64,000 bases of DNA. Source: Octopus bimaculoides (lineage: Eukaryota). Made by a program: the position numbers and the translations under genes. Each line of letters begins with the position of its first letter. Positions within the stretch are counted from its first letter, which is position 1. The notes beneath the pieces were generated by a model. That model did no database searches and was not told the origin of the DNA. It saw nothing but the letters and a program-made list of their open reading frames with translations. Location: positions 63,827,036 to 63,891,035 of the forward strand of contig NC_068984.1 of NCBI RefSeq assembly GCF_001194135.2, written 5' to 3'. Of this stretch, positions 63,075 to 64,000 are shown piece by piece.

Positions 63075-63735
63075 TCATCGGAGACGGTGTGAGAGGATGG
63101 TTAAACAATAGTTAGTTTACATAAGATAGGAAATAGAGAGTGAATGTGGGGATATTGTTCTTGTAAATCCATTGTTTAGGCAGAATGGTATACATATAAG
63201 ACTCCAACATCTTGCGAGTAAAATTCATTGGTCATTGCATTTATAAATCCATTATTATTATTCCAATTCCCTATGAGCAAAATCCAACAGTCTTTGAAAT
63301 TGGTCATTTCAAATGTAGAGTTTATACACAGTGCTGCTGTATCAAACCTTCTGTTTAAAGTGACCTAAAAGAAGGGAATATATTATTAGTAGGGTCAAAT
63401 CGAAAACAGGAAGAAAGGAATAAAGGAAGAGAAAAAAAGTGGGGTAAAACAGATGAAAAAGGAAGAAGAAAATAAGAAAAGGATAAAGAAAAGAAAAGAA
63501 AAAATAATACAAAAATAGAGATAAGGGAAAGTGTACCAGATTGGTCAGTGAATATAAGAAGGTAGGAATGGCAATATAAGGGTGAAAGAGAGAGAAACAT
63601 ATTAGAGTGTAGAAAGATAGAGGGAATGGGGGTTATGGAGAGAGAGATAAAGCTTTAAGGAGTATCAATTGCAGTGATGGAGTCTAGACGATGGGGTTGA
63701 CAAAGGAATTAGGATGGTTGGACAGGTCAGTAGTA
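63073..63735 (-). mobile_element. Degenerate Penelope-like 3' fragment
   Basis: Minus strand is pyrimidine-rich with SNHPNSFVNPIV and TNLVHF remnants; ends in ACCGTCTCCGATGAAG, as at 4076-4091. Confidence 0.5.
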
Positions 63736-64000
63736 TTAGTAGTCGTATAAAAACATGTGTATATATATATATATATATATACACACACATATGCGCACAC
63801 ACAAACACACATACATAGACATACATACACACACTAATACACTATTTATTAAAGCTGGAAAACTTTCAGTAACAGTTTGTGAAGACATTTTTTAGCTTTA
63901 ATACCACATTATTCTACCGTTGGTATTCGAATACTGTTTTCCAACTTATTTCCCATGAATGTGTTTACCTGTGAGTGTGTGCATGTATATATATATATAT

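Overview
AT-rich, repeat-dense eukaryotic genomic DNA from a short-read scaffold: 10 N-gaps totalling 3,372 nt, most flanked by (TA)n/(TG)n. The SINE families, R4/Dong-type LINEs and microsatellite load look like an octopus (coleoid cephalopod) genome; this is recognition from memory, not a database result. No host protein-coding gene can be identified with confidence, only weak splice-signal candidates. The window is an intronic or intergenic patchwork of decayed mobile elements: Penelope-like elements (PLEs), R4/Dong, RTE, CR1-like and L1/Tx1-like LINE pieces, tRNA-derived SINEs (three with clean 14-16 bp TSDs), a full-length dead DD37D (maT) transposon, a mariner, a mariner-derived MITE and possible Helitron ends. 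The best non-obvious signals are: (1) at least six hammerhead-ribozyme-like motifs from several PLE-type repeat families, one family showing compensatory change in a palindromic stem III; (2) many fold-back and inverted-repeat structures; (3) a retrotransposon-borne triple C2H2 zinc finger; (4) a ~560-bp non-coding repeat sitting in (TAA)n arrays; (5) a 171-codon frame restored by removing a SINE. I found no convincing wholly new system; most findings are local instances or variants of known element biology.
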